A stretch of 64,000 nt of DNA from the NCBI GenBank assembly GCA_902826215.1, contig CADEDY010000004.1, forward strand, positions 68,667 through 132,666, read 5' to 3'. Below are positions 55,202 to 64,000 of this stretch, piece after piece (the first letter of the stretch is position 1; the number at the start of each line of letters is the position of its first letter). The stretch is from an uncultured Bacteroidota bacterium (GTDB lineage Bacteria; Bacteroidota; Bacteroidia; Flavobacteriales_F; PHOS-HE28). A model generated the notes under the pieces. That model was given only the letters and a program-made list of their open reading frames with translations, did not search any database and had not been told where the DNA came from. Both the position numbers and the translations under genes were made by a program.

Positions 55202-55211
55202 CCAGAGCAAC

Positions 55212-55991
55212 ATGGAAAGCGTTGACCAGATGGGCCGCCAGGTCCCAGTGCCTTCCGCCCCGCAGCGCATCGTCTCCCTGGTCCCCTCCAAAACCGAACT
55301 CCTCTATGACCTCGGCCTTGGCGAGCGCGTCGTAGGCATCACCAAATTCTGCATCCATCCGGAAACGTGGTTCAAGACCAAGCACCGAGTAGGCGGAACC
55401 AAGAAGGTGGACATGGAGAAAGTGCGTGCTTTGAAGCCCGACCTGATCATCGGCAACAAGGAGGAGAACGATCGCAGCGACATCGAAGCACTGTCCGCAG
55501 AATTCCCGGTCTGGATGAGCGATGTGCGCGACCTGCCGGGTGCACTGGAGATGATCGAAGGCATCGGCGCATTGACCGGGACGCAAGAGAAGGCAGCAAG
55601 CTTGACGAAGGGCATCGATGCTGCGTTCGAAGGTCTCGGCAAGCGTGAAGAGCCAAGGACCGTGGCCTATCTGATCTGGCGGGAACCCTTCATGGCCGCA
55701 GGTCATGGCACCTTCGTGGATGATATGCTGCAACGATGCGGTCTGGTGAACGTATTCGACGAGGGAGACGCGCGCTATCCGGAGTTCAGTGCGCAAGGTT
55801 TGGCCGAAGCCGATCCGGAGGTTGTACTGCTCTCCTCCGAGCCCTACCCGTTCCAGGAAAAGCACATCGCCGAGATCAACATGATCCTGCCGGGGACACC
55901 GGTTCGGCTGGTGGATGGCGAACTCTTCAGCTGGTATGGCAGTCGCTTGTTGAAGGCCCCGGGATACTTCAACGGTCTGTCCATCGTTTGA
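55212..55991 (+). CDS. BtuF/TroA-like (class III) periplasmic-binding-fold protein without a signal peptide (cobalamin-binding-protein-like)
   Basis: IVSLVPSKTELLYDLGLGERVVGIT...LKPDLIIG: the BtuF-like pattern. Confidence 0.6.
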   Translation: MESVDQMGRQVPVPSAPQRIVSLVPSKTELLYDLGLGERVVGITKFCIHPETWFKTKHRVGGTKKVDMEKVRALKPDLIIGNKEENDRSDIEALSAEFPVWMSDVRDLPGALEMIEGIGALTGTQEKAASLTKGIDAAFEGLGKREEPRTVAYLIWREPFMAAGHGTFVDDMLQRCGLVNVFDEGDARYPEFSAQGLAEADPEVVLLSSEPYPFQEKHIAEINMILPGTPVRLVDGELFSWYGSRLLKAPGYFNGLSIV

Positions 55992-56041
55992 GCGGGGGCG
56001 CTGGGTGGCCGATGCGGCTACTTTTGCCTTGCCTACTGCCC

Positions 56042-58324
56042 ATGTCCCGATCCATCCTCTCCATGCTACTTTGCCTCAGCCTCTCGGCAGGCCTGGCACA
56101 GCGCGTGGGTCTGGTGCTCAGCGGTGGCGGTGCCGTAGGCCTCACGCATATCGGCGTCATGAAGGCGTTGGAGGAGAACGAGATCCCCATCGACTACATC
56201 ACGGGCAGCAGTATGGGTGCCTTGATCGGTGCTCTGTACTCCTCTGGATGGTCACCGTGGGAGATCGATTCCTTGTTCCGCACAGAACAATTCCGGGTCA
56301 TGGCCGAAGGCGGCATCGAACCGCGCTATCAATACTTCTTCAAGCAGGATCAGATCGATGCTTCGCTGATCAGCCTGAAGCTGGACCTGGATACCGCCCT
56401 GACCACTTCGTTGCCCACCAACCTCCGCAGTCCTGCCCTCATCGACTTCGAGCAGATGCGCAGTTACGGGCCGGTCACGGCGTTGTGCAATGGGAACATG
56501 GATAGCCTTTTCGTGCCGTACCGCTGCGTGGCTTCGGACATCACCGATCAGCGCTCGGTGGTCTTCAGCAAAGGCGATCTAGCCCAGGCCGTGCGAGCGA
56601 GCATGAGCTATCCGTTCTACTTCAAGCCCATTCGAGTAGATGGTCATTTGATGATGGATGGCGGCCTGTATAACAACTTCCCGAGTGACGTGATGTACAA
56701 CGATTTCCTGCCGGATTTCATCGTCGGCAGCAACGTCTCGTACAACTCTCCACCGCCCAGTGAAGATGACCTGGTCAGCCAGTTGCGCGCCATGATGCAA
56801 GAGCGCACGGACTATTCGATCGAGTGCGAGCACGGCGTGATCATCGAGCCGAGAACGGCTACCTCGCTCTTCGATTTCAGCGACCCCGCACTGCCCATTG
56901 CCGATGGCTATGCAGCAGCCATGGCACGCATGCCGGAGATCCTTGCTCAAGTGAAGCGAAGGGTACCACGTGAAGAGCTCGCCGCCAAACGCAAGGCATT
57001 CCGTTCGCAGCGGCCTCCGATGATCTTCGATGAACTGCGGATCCATGGATTGACCCGATCCCAAACGCGTTACGTGGAGCAGAGCTTGGACCGCGGAGTT
57101 GGCTTGCTCACTCCCGAACTCTTGAAGCCGAAGTACTTCCGATTGATCGCGGATCGCAACATCGCCATGCTCTATCCGAAAGCGACCTGGAAGCCGGAAA
57201 TGCAGCGCTTCGATCTGGACCTGTATGCCAAAACGGAGAAGGACCTGATGGTCCGCTTCGGTGGCATGTTCTCTTCTCGTCCGATCAATACAGGTATGAT
57301 CGGCCTGCGCTACAACTTGTTCGGTCGATCCTCGGCGCACGTGGAAGCGCTTTCCTATTTCGGGAAGTTCTACGCAGCAGGTCAGCTCAGCCTGCGGGCT
57401 TACCTGTCCACTAAGGCTCCTATCTATTTGGAACCGCAGTTCACCCTGCACCGTTGGGATTACTTCCGCAGCTTCAGCACCTTCTTCGATGAAGTGAAAC
57501 CATCCTTCATCGTGACCCGTGAAGCGTTCGGAGGCGTGAACGTGGGAATGGGTTTGGGCAACAAAGGACTGCTGCGACTGGACGTCAAATTGGCGGAAAC
57601 CTTGGACAAGTACTACCAGAGTCCGGATTTCACCGGTCAGGATACGGCGGATGCGACGACGTTCCGGCACTTCACCACCGGCTTGATGACCGAGCGGAAC
57701 TCGCTCAACCGCAAGCAGCATCCGAATACCGGCGGCTCGTTGAAGGCTTCGTTGCGTTACGTGACAGGCGATGAACTAACGGATCCGGGCTCTACGCGGA
57801 TCAACAAGGACATCGATTACCGGGAACACCATGACTGGGCTAACGCGAAAGTCACCTTGGATCAGTACTTCCTTCCGCGTGGGGTATTGCGCTTCGGGGT
57901 CTTGGCGGAAGGGGTCTTCAGCACCATGCCAACCTTCCAGAATTACACGGCCAGCATCATCCGATCCCCGGCGTTCCAACCGACACCGGAAAGCCGTACG
58001 TATTACATGGAGCAGTTCCGATCACCGAAGTACGTTGCTGGTGGCGTTCGGGCGATCATCGCAGTAGCACGCGAGAAGTTCGATCTGCGGCTGGAAGCTT
58101 TCGTGTTCCAGCCCTACGAACCCTTTGTTCGAGGTGAGGACAATGAACCGTTGCGCGCTGCAGCCTTCACGCAACGCTATTACCTCGGTTCGGGATCGTT
58201 GATCTACCAAAGCCCGCTCGGTCCGGTCTGGTTCAACCTCAGCTATTTCGACGGGCTGAAGGAGCCGTGGGCCTGGAGCCTGAACTTCGGGTACATTCTC
58301 TTCAACCAGAAAGCGCAGGATTGA
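56042..58324 (+). CDS. Patatin-like phospholipase fused to a C-terminal Omp85/surface-antigen beta-barrel (PlpD-like, type Vd secretion architecture)
   Basis: Signal peptide MSRSILSMLLCLSLSAGLAQ. GGGAVG oxyanion loop. GSSMG serine lipase motif. DGG catalytic Asp. C-terminal beta-barrel ending ...LNFGYILF. Confidence 0.8.
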   Translation: MSRSILSMLLCLSLSAGLAQRVGLVLSGGGAVGLTHIGVMKALEENEIPIDYITGSSMGALIGALYSSGWSPWEIDSLFRTEQFRVMAEGGIEPRYQYFFKQDQIDASLISLKLDLDTALTTSLPTNLRSPALIDFEQMRSYGPVTALCNGNMDSLFVPYRCVASDITDQRSVVFSKGDLAQAVRASMSYPFYFKPIRVDGHLMMDGGLYNNFPSDVMYNDFLPDFIVGSNVSYNSPPPSEDDLVSQLRAMMQERTDYSIECEHGVIIEPRTATSLFDFSDPALPIADGYAAAMARMPEILAQVKRRVPREELAAKRKAFRSQRPPMIFDELRIHGLTRSQTRYVEQSLDRGVGLLTPELLKPKYFRLIADRNIAMLYPKATWKPEMQRFDLDLYAKTEKDLMVRFGGMFSSRPINTGMIGLRYNLFGRSSAHVEALSYFGKFYAAGQLSLRAYLSTKAPIYLEPQFTLHRWDYFRSFSTFFDEVKPSFIVTREAFGGVNVGMGLGNKGLLRLDVKLAETLDKYYQSPDFTGQDTADATTFRHFTTGLMTERNSLNRKQHPNTGGSLKASLRYVTGDELTDPGSTRINKDIDYREHHDWANAKVTLDQYFLPRGVLRFGVLAEGVFSTMPTFQNYTASIIRSPAFQPTPESRTYYMEQFRSPKYVAGGVRAIIAVAREKFDLRLEAFVFQPYEPFVRGEDNEPLRAAAFTQRYYLGSGSLIYQSPLGPVWFNLSYFDGLKEPWAWSLNFGYILFNQKAQD

Positions 58325-58328
58325 AACG

Positions 58329-58571
58329 ATGATCCACCACGCCTTCCTTGATGTGTACGAAGCTGCCGCCGGTGATCCGGACAGGTTATCGGCTGCCGAT
58401 CGCCGGTTGATCGGTGCAGATTGGACCACCGTGGATGAATTGCTCTTGGACCTGCACATGATCAAGCACGGCTATACCTCGGAAGGATACGAACGCCACG
58501 TCGATCGCCGGTTGAAAGAGGTTTGTGCCGATGAGAGTGTTGTCGAGCGGATGAAAGGGCTACGATTGTGA
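58329..58571 (+). CDS. Hypothetical small protein
   Basis: Open frame 5 nt after the patatin stop. Confidence 0.3.
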   Translation: MIHHAFLDVYEAAAGDPDRLSAADRRLIGADWTTVDELLLDLHMIKHGYTSEGYERHVDRRLKEVCADESVVERMKGLRL

Positions 58572-58683
58572 TCCGGACCGGATCGCATTCCGGTCAGTCC
58601 CGGGACGTTCGTTATGAATGACTTCATGGAATGCGAAAAGCCCTCCGATCCGGAGGGCTTTCCCTTTTGTGGTATGAAAACGT

Positions 58684-59004
58684 TCAAGCCTGCGCGGTAG
58701 GTCCACCGAAATTCATCGGGATCTCGGGCATCTCCGATTCGTGGATGCTTCCGTGCACGCTCTCGAACTTCTGGATATTGTCGGCCAAAGCGCGCATGAG
58801 GCGCTTGGCGTGTTGCGGTGTCAAGAGCACACGGGCGCGCACCTTGGCTTTGGGTACACCGGGCATCACGCGTACGAAGTCCAGCACGAACTCCGAATTG
58901 CTGTGGGTGATGATCGCGAGGTTGCTGTAGATACCGTCCGCTACCTCTTCGCTGATCTCGATGTTCAACTGGTTCGGGCGGGGTTGATCCTTCTGGTCTG
59001 CCAT
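58684..59004 (-). CDS. DUF3467-like protein (conserved downstream partner of rpoC in Bacteroidota)
   Basis: MADQKDQPRPNQLNIEISEEVADGIYSNLAIITHSNSEFVLDF... Confidence 0.75.
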   Translation of the reverse strand: MADQKDQPRPNQLNIEISEEVADGIYSNLAIITHSNSEFVLDFVRVMPGVPKAKVRARVLLTPQHAKRLMRALADNIQKFESVHGSIHESEMPEIPMNFGGPTAQA

Positions 59005-59094
59005 TTTGTAGGGGTTCTATGAGCTTGGAACCGAAACGGCGAGTAGCACCCGAAGATGTACTCGCCGCTTCTATTCACGTTCCAACACCCGGTT

Positions 59095-62000
59095 TCAATC
59101 GTTCACCTCTTCGGTCTCAACGTTCTCCGCGAGCATACGCTGGTATTCGTCCTTGTTCGCTACAATGATGTTCTGGTACGAACGCGCTCCGGTACCTGCA
59201 GGGATCAAGTGACCAACGATCACGTTCTCCTTCAGGCCGTTCAAGTGATCCTCTTTCGCGCTCACGGCAGCCTCGTTCAACACCTTGGTGGTCTCCTGGA
59301 AGGAAGCCGCTGAGATGAAGCTCTCGGTCTGCAACGATGCACGGGTGATCCCTTGCAGCATGGTGCGAGCAGTCGCCGGATTCGCCGTGCGCGCCTCCGC
59401 GAGCTTGGCATCCTTGCGCTTCAGGCCGCTGTTCTCATCACGAAGTTTGCGCATGGTCACGATCTGGCCCACTTTCAAGGTGGCGCTGTCACCGGACTCG
59501 GTGATCACCATCTTGTCGTAAACCTGATCATTCTCCTCCATGAACTCCGTCTTGTTCACGCTCTGGCGCTCGAGGAACTTGGTATCACCTGGGTCCTCGA
59601 TCTCCACTTTGCGCATCATCTGACGCACGATCACTTCGAAGTGCTTGTCGTTGATCTTCACACCCTGCATACGGTACACCTCTTGGACTTCGTCCACGAG
59701 GTATTCCTGCACACGTGTCGGACCTTGGATATCGAGGATGTCACCTGGGGCGATGCTACCATCGCTCAGCGGCTGACCGGCCTTGATGAAGTCGTTCTCC
59801 TGCACGAGGATGTGCTTGCTCAAAGGCACCAAGTAGAACTTCTTCTCCCCAGTGCGGCTTTCCACGATGATCTCGCGGTTACCACGCTTGATCTTGCCGT
59901 AGGAGATGATACCGTCGATCTCACTGACCACAGCGGGATTGCTCGGGTTACGTGCTTCGAACAATTCGGTAACGCGGGGCAGACCACCGGTGATGTCACC
60001 ACCCTTGCCGGAGCTACGGGGGATCTTCACCATGACATCGCCCGCTTCGATCTTCTTACCGTCCTCCACGATGATGTGCGCTCCAACAGGCAGGCTGTAG
60101 CTCTTCAGCTCTTCCTTGCCTTTCGGATCCATGATCTTGATGGTCGGATTCTTCCGCTTGTCGCGGCTCTCCACGATCACCTTCTCGGCGAAACCGGTCT
60201 GTTCGTCGATCTCTTCACGGTAGGTCGCATTCTCTTCGATGCTCTCGAATTCGACCTTACCGGCCATTTCGGAGATGATCACCGCGTTGTAAGGATCCCA
60301 AGTGCAGATGAGATCGTTCTTCTTGATCTTCTTACCCGCCTTGTTGTACATCATGGCGCCGTACGGGATGTTGCTCGTGGTGAGCACGATACCCGTGTTG
60401 CCGTCAACGATGCGCATCTCCGTGCTACGACTGATCACCACTTCGGCATCCTCGCCTTTGCGATCCTTCTTCTTCACGGTACGCAGTTCATCGATCTCGA
60501 GAACTCCATCGTACTTCGCGCGGATCTCGTTCTCTTCGGTGATCTTACCGGCCACACCACCCACGTGGAAGGTCCGGAGGGTAAGCTGTGTACCTGGCTC
60601 ACCGATGGATTGCGCTGCGATCACACCGACTGCTTCGCCCATCTGCACCAGACGGCCTGTGGCGAGGTTACGTCCGTAGCACTTCACGCACACGCCCTGC
60701 TTCTGCTCGCAGGTGAGTACGCTGCGGATCTCCACTTCTTCGATCGGGCTGTTCGCGATCGCCTTGGCGGTATCCTCGTTGATGTTGTCTCCGCTCGCAA
60801 CCAGCAGATCGCCGGTCTGTGGATGGTACACATCGTGCACAGCCGTACGGCCGAGCACACGGTCGTAGAGGCTCTCCACGATCTCTTCGTTCTTCTTCAG
60901 CGCGGTCGCGATCAATCCACGCAGGGTACCACAGTCCTCGGTGGTGATCACCACGTCCTGGGCAACGTCCACGAGTCGACGTGTGAGGTAACCCGCATCC
61001 GCTGTCTTCAACGCCGTATCCGCAAGACCCTTACGGGCACCGTGGGTGGAGATGAAGTACTCAAGAATGGACAATCCTTCTTTGAAGTTGGAGAGGATCG
61101 GGTTCTCGATGATGTCCTGACCGCCGCCGCCGCCGCTCTTCTGGGGCTTGGCCATCAGACCACGCATACCGCTCAACTGACGGATCTGCTCCTTGGAACC
61201 ACGAGCACCCGAATCCATCATCATGTAGATGGAGTTGAAGCCTTGGCGGTCGTTCTTGATCTGCTCCATCAAGGTGAAGGTCACCTTGCTGTTGGTGTGT
61301 GTCCAGATGTCGATGGTCTGGTTGTAACGCTCGTTGTTGGTGATCAGGCCCATGTTGTAGTTGCCCGTCACTTCGTCCACTTCGGTCTGCGCGGCCTTCA
61401 CCAGCTTGTCCTTTGCTGGCGGAATGACCACGTCGTCCAAGTTGAAGCTCAAACCACCACGGAACGCACTCATGAATCCGAGGTCCTTGATGTCGTCCAA
61501 GAACTGGGCGGCGCGTGCCGTACCTGTTTCCTTGGTCACCAGTCCGATGATGTCACGCAGCGCTTTCTTGGTCAACACCTCATTGATGAAGCCCACTTCC
61601 TTCGGCACCACCTCGTTGAAGAGGGTACGGCCACAGGTTGTTTCGATGATGCTGGTCTTGCCATTGATATCGGCCCAACGCAATTTGACATGCGTGTGCA
61701 GATCCAACTGACCCTCATTGAATGCGATGATCACTTCCTCCGGGCTGTAGAACGTGCGGCCCTCACCTTTCATGGTGCGCTCTGCATCGGTCTTGCGGCC
61801 TTTGGTGATGTAGTAAAGGCCCAACACCATGTCCTGGCTCGGTACCGCAATAGGTGCACCGTTCGCAGGGTTCAAGATGTTGTGGCTGGCGAGCATCAAC
61901 AGCTGCGCCTCCAGGATCGCGGCGTTGCCCAAGGGCACGTGCACAGCCATCTGGTCACCATCGAAGTCAGCGTTGAACGCCGTACAAACCAGAGGGTGCA

Positions 62001-63390
62001 ACTGGATCGCCTTGCCCTCGATCAGCTTTGGTTGGAAAGCTTGGATACCGAGGCGGTGAAGGGTCGGTGCACGGTTGAGTAGCACAGGGTGGCCACGCAA
62101 TACGTTCTCGAGGATATCCCACACCACAGGTTCCTTCTTGTCCACGATCTTCTTGGCGCTCTTCACCGTCTTCACGATGCCGCGCTCGATAAGTTTGCGG
62201 ATGATGAACGGCTTGAAGAGCTCAGCGGCCATGTCCTTCGGCAGACCGCACTCGTGCAATTTCAGCTCAGGTCCGACAACGATCACGGAACGTGCGCTGT
62301 AGTCCACACGCTTACCGAGCAGGTTCTGACGGAAGCGGCCTTGCTTGCCCTTCAGTGAATCGCTCAAGGACTTCAGCGGGCGGTTGCTCTCGCTCTTCAC
62401 AGCGCTGCTCTTCCGGCTGTTGTCGAAGAGGCTATCAACGGCCTCTTGCAACATGCGCTTCTCGTTACGCAGGATCACTTCCGGCGCTTTGATCTCCATC
62501 AATCGCTTCAAGCGGTTGTTGCGGATGATCACACGACGGTAAAGATCATTCAGATCGGAGGTTGCGAAACGGCCACCATCCAAGGGGACCAATGGGCGCA
62601 GTTCGGGTGGGATAACAGGAACCACCTTCACGATCATCCACTCCGGGTTGTTGCTCCGGCGGCTGATCGCATCGCGGAAAGCTTCCACGACATTCAGTCG
62701 TTTCAATGCTTCGTTCTTCCGCTGCTGGCTGGTCTCGGTGTTCGCTTTGTGGCGCAGGTCGTAGCTCAAGGTGTCGAGGTCCAAACGCTTCAGCAGATCA
62801 TGCAGGGCATCGGCCCCCATTTTCGCGATGAACTTGTTCGGATCACTTTCATCCAAGTGCTGGTTCTCCTTGCCCAAGGTCTCGAGGATGTCCAAATACT
62901 CTTCTTCCGTGAGGAAGTCGAGGTGTTGAACAGCGACGCCTTCCTTGTTCATGGCAGTACCGGCCTGGATCACCACGTAACGCTCGTAATAGATGATCTG
63001 ATCGAGCTTCTTGGTGGGGAGGCCCAACAGGTAACCGATCTTGTTCGGGAGGCTGCGGAAATACCAGATGTGGGCCACAGGCACCACCAACTGGATGTGA
63101 CCCATGCGCTCGCGACGCACCTTCTTCTCGGTCACTTCCACTCCGCAACGATCGCAAACGATCCCTTTGTATCGGATGCGCTTGTACTTTCCGCAGTGGC
63201 ATTCGAAATCCTTCACAGGACCGAAAATGCGCTCGCAGAAGAGGCCATCACGCTCCGGCTTGTACGTCCGGTAGTTGATCGTCTCCGGCTTGATCACCTC
63301 GCCATGGCTGCGCTCGAGGATCTGCTCGGGGCTGGCCAGGCTGATGACGATCTTATTGAAGTTGCTGTTCAGCTTTACTTCCTTCTTCAT
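59095..63390 (-). CDS. rpoC: DNA-directed RNA polymerase subunit beta'
   Basis: 1431 aa. Zinc finger [23 protein letters not shown]. Active site [12 protein letters not shown]. Trigger loop and C-terminal Bacteroidota-type extension. Confidence 0.98.
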   Translation of the reverse strand: MKKEVKLNSNFNKIVISLASPEQILERSHGEVIKPETINYRTYKPERDGLFCERIFGPVKDFECHCGKYKRIRYKGIVCDRCGVEVTEKKVRRERMGHIQLVVPVAHIWYFRSLPNKIGYLLGLPTKKLDQIIYYERYVVIQAGTAMNKEGVAVQHLDFLTEEEYLDILETLGKENQHLDESDPNKFIAKMGADALHDLLKRLDLDTLSYDLRHKANTETSQQRKNEALKRLNVVEAFRDAISRRSNNPEWMIVKVVPVIPPELRPLVPLDGGRFATSDLNDLYRRVIIRNNRLKRLMEIKAPEVILRNEKRMLQEAVDSLFDNSRKSSAVKSESNRPLKSLSDSLKGKQGRFRQNLLGKRVDYSARSVIVVGPELKLHECGLPKDMAAELFKPFIIRKLIERGIVKTVKSAKKIVDKKEPVVWDILENVLRGHPVLLNRAPTLHRLGIQAFQPKLIEGKAIQLHPLVCTAFNADFDGDQMAVHVPLGNAAILEAQLLMLASHNILNPANGAPIAVPSQDMVLGLYYITKGRKTDAERTMKGEGRTFYSPEEVIIAFNEGQLDLHTHVKLRWADINGKTSIIETTCGRTLFNEVVPKEVGFINEVLTKKALRDIIGLVTKETGTARAAQFLDDIKDLGFMSAFRGGLSFNLDDVVIPPAKDKLVKAAQTEVDEVTGNYNMGLITNNERYNQTIDIWTHTNSKVTFTLMEQIKNDRQGFNSIYMMMDSGARGSKEQIRQLSGMRGLMAKPQKSGGGGGQDIIENPILSNFKEGLSILEYFISTHGARKGLADTALKTADAGYLTRRLVDVAQDVVITTEDCGTLRGLIATALKKNEEIVESLYDRVLGRTAVHDVYHPQTGDLLVASGDNINEDTAKAIANSPIEEVEIRSVLTCEQKQGVCVKCYGRNLATGRLVQMGEAVGVIAAQSIGEPGTQLTLRTFHVGGVAGKITEENEIRAKYDGVLEIDELRTVKKKDRKGEDAEVVISRSTEMRIVDGNTGIVLTTSNIPYGAMMYNKAGKKIKKNDLICTWDPYNAVIISEMAGKVEFESIEENATYREEIDEQTGFAEKVIVESRDKRKNPTIKIMDPKGKEELKSYSLPVGAHIIVEDGKKIEAGDVMVKIPRSSGKGGDITGGLPRVTELFEARNPSNPAVVSEIDGIISYGKIKRGNREIIVESRTGEKKFYLVPLSKHILVQENDFIKAGQPLSDGSIAPGDILDIQGPTRVQEYLVDEVQEVYRMQGVKINDKHFEVIVRQMMRKVEIEDPGDTKFLERQSVNKTEFMEENDQVYDKMVITESGDSATLKVGQIVTMRKLRDENSGLKRKDAKLAEARTANPATARTMLQGITRASLQTESFISAASFQETTKVLNEAAVSAKEDHLNGLKENVIVGHLIPAGTGARSYQNIIVANKDEYQRMLAENVETEEVND

Positions 63391-63441
63391 GTTCTCGCGT
63401 TGCTTGCTTCCGTTCGACGTTCAAATTCTACTACCCGCGGA

Positions 63442-64000
63442 TCACTCGAGTGAAACGTTCAGTGCCAAGCCACGGAGTTCGTGGAGCAACACGTTGAACG
63501 ATTCCGGAATGCCTGGCTGTGGGAGTGGCTCGCCCTTCACGATGGCCTCGTAGGCCTTGGCGCGGCCGATCACGTCATCGCTCTTCACGGTGAGGATCTC
63601 CTGCAGGATGTTGGCGGCACCGAAAGCCTCCAACGCCCACACTTCCATTTCACCGAAGCGCTGACCACCGAACTGCGCCTTACCTCCCAACGGCTGCTGG
63701 GTGATCAAGCTGTACGGTCCGATAGAACGAGCGTGCATCTTATCGTCCACCATGTGCGCGAGCTTGATCATGTAGATCACGCCCACCGTAGCAGGTTGGT
63801 CGAAGCGAACACCCGTGCCACCATCGGTGAGGTAGGTCTTACCGTTGCGCGGTACACCGGCCTCATCGGTCTCGGCATTGATCTGATCGTGCGTTGCACC
63901 GTCGAAGATCGGCGTTGCGTACTTGCGACCCAGGTTCTTACCAGCCCATCCAAGAACGGTTTCGTAGATCTGACCCAGGTTCATCCGGCTTGGTACACCC
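63442..64000 (-). CDS. rpoB: DNA-directed RNA polymerase subunit beta, C-terminal part (gene continues beyond the window)
   Basis: ...[47 protein letters not shown]... is the conserved RpoB C-terminus. Confidence 0.95.
   Translation of the reverse strand, partial: GVPSRMNLGQIYETVLGWAGKNLGRKYATPIFDGATHDQINAETDEAGVPRNGKTYLTDGGTGVRFDQPATVGVIYMIKLAHMVDDKMHARSIGPYSLITQQPLGGKAQFGGQRFGEMEVWALEAFGAANILQEILTVKSDDVIGRAKAYEAIVKGEPLPQPGIPESFNVLLHELRGLALNVSLE

Noticed and set aside
59353-62082. 909-aa plus-strand ORF
   Set aside because: Antisense to rpoC. It is a high-GC, stop-poor shadow frame with low-complexity composition, so it is not a gene.

Overview
High-GC (~58-60%) chromosomal segment from a member of the Bacteroidota. 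The phylum call rests on four proteins ending in T9SS (Por) C-terminal sorting domains, a DUF3467 gene immediately downstream of rpoB-rpoC, and several Bacteroidota-typical families (DUF4249, DUF4173, DUF3667, GxxExxY, four-helix-bundle). Gene content, left to right: (1) a two-gene exosortase-N (XrtN) / VIT-vWA PEP-CTERM cargo module at 0.5-3.8 kb. (2) A ~15 kb minus-strand reductive pyrimidine-catabolism locus at 3.9-18.6 kb: Fcy1-like cytosine deaminase, preT/preA dihydropyrimidine dehydrogenase, dihydropyrimidinase, beta-ureidopropionase, NCS1 permease, beta-alanine:pyruvate aminotransferase and malonate-semialdehyde dehydrogenase. This locus is unusually rich in two families of short intergenic repeats. 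Two small 'selfish' genes (four-helix-bundle protein; GxxExxY protein) are inserted into it as cassettes flanked by inverted repeats. (3) YajQ/DUF3667, a T9SS cargo protein, and a lower-GC spacer. (4) A tightly coupled minus-strand operon of membrane proteins, a wHTH regulator, DUF4173 and an EEP-domain protein. (5) ZIP transporter, methyltransferase, a SiaB/SiaC-like partner-switch pair and an FHA-ABCG transporter. (6) Housekeeping genes priA, rluA-like, panB, dnaK, NhaC, a 1336-aa T9SS adhesin-like protein with a P-domain and five MopE-like repeats, NamZ, LolE-like, CBS, a PlpD-like patatin, DUF3467, rpoC and rpoB (partial). No rRNA, tRNA, CRISPR array, transposase or integrase was recognised. 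All calls come from reading the six-frame translations and the DNA by eye; no database search was run.
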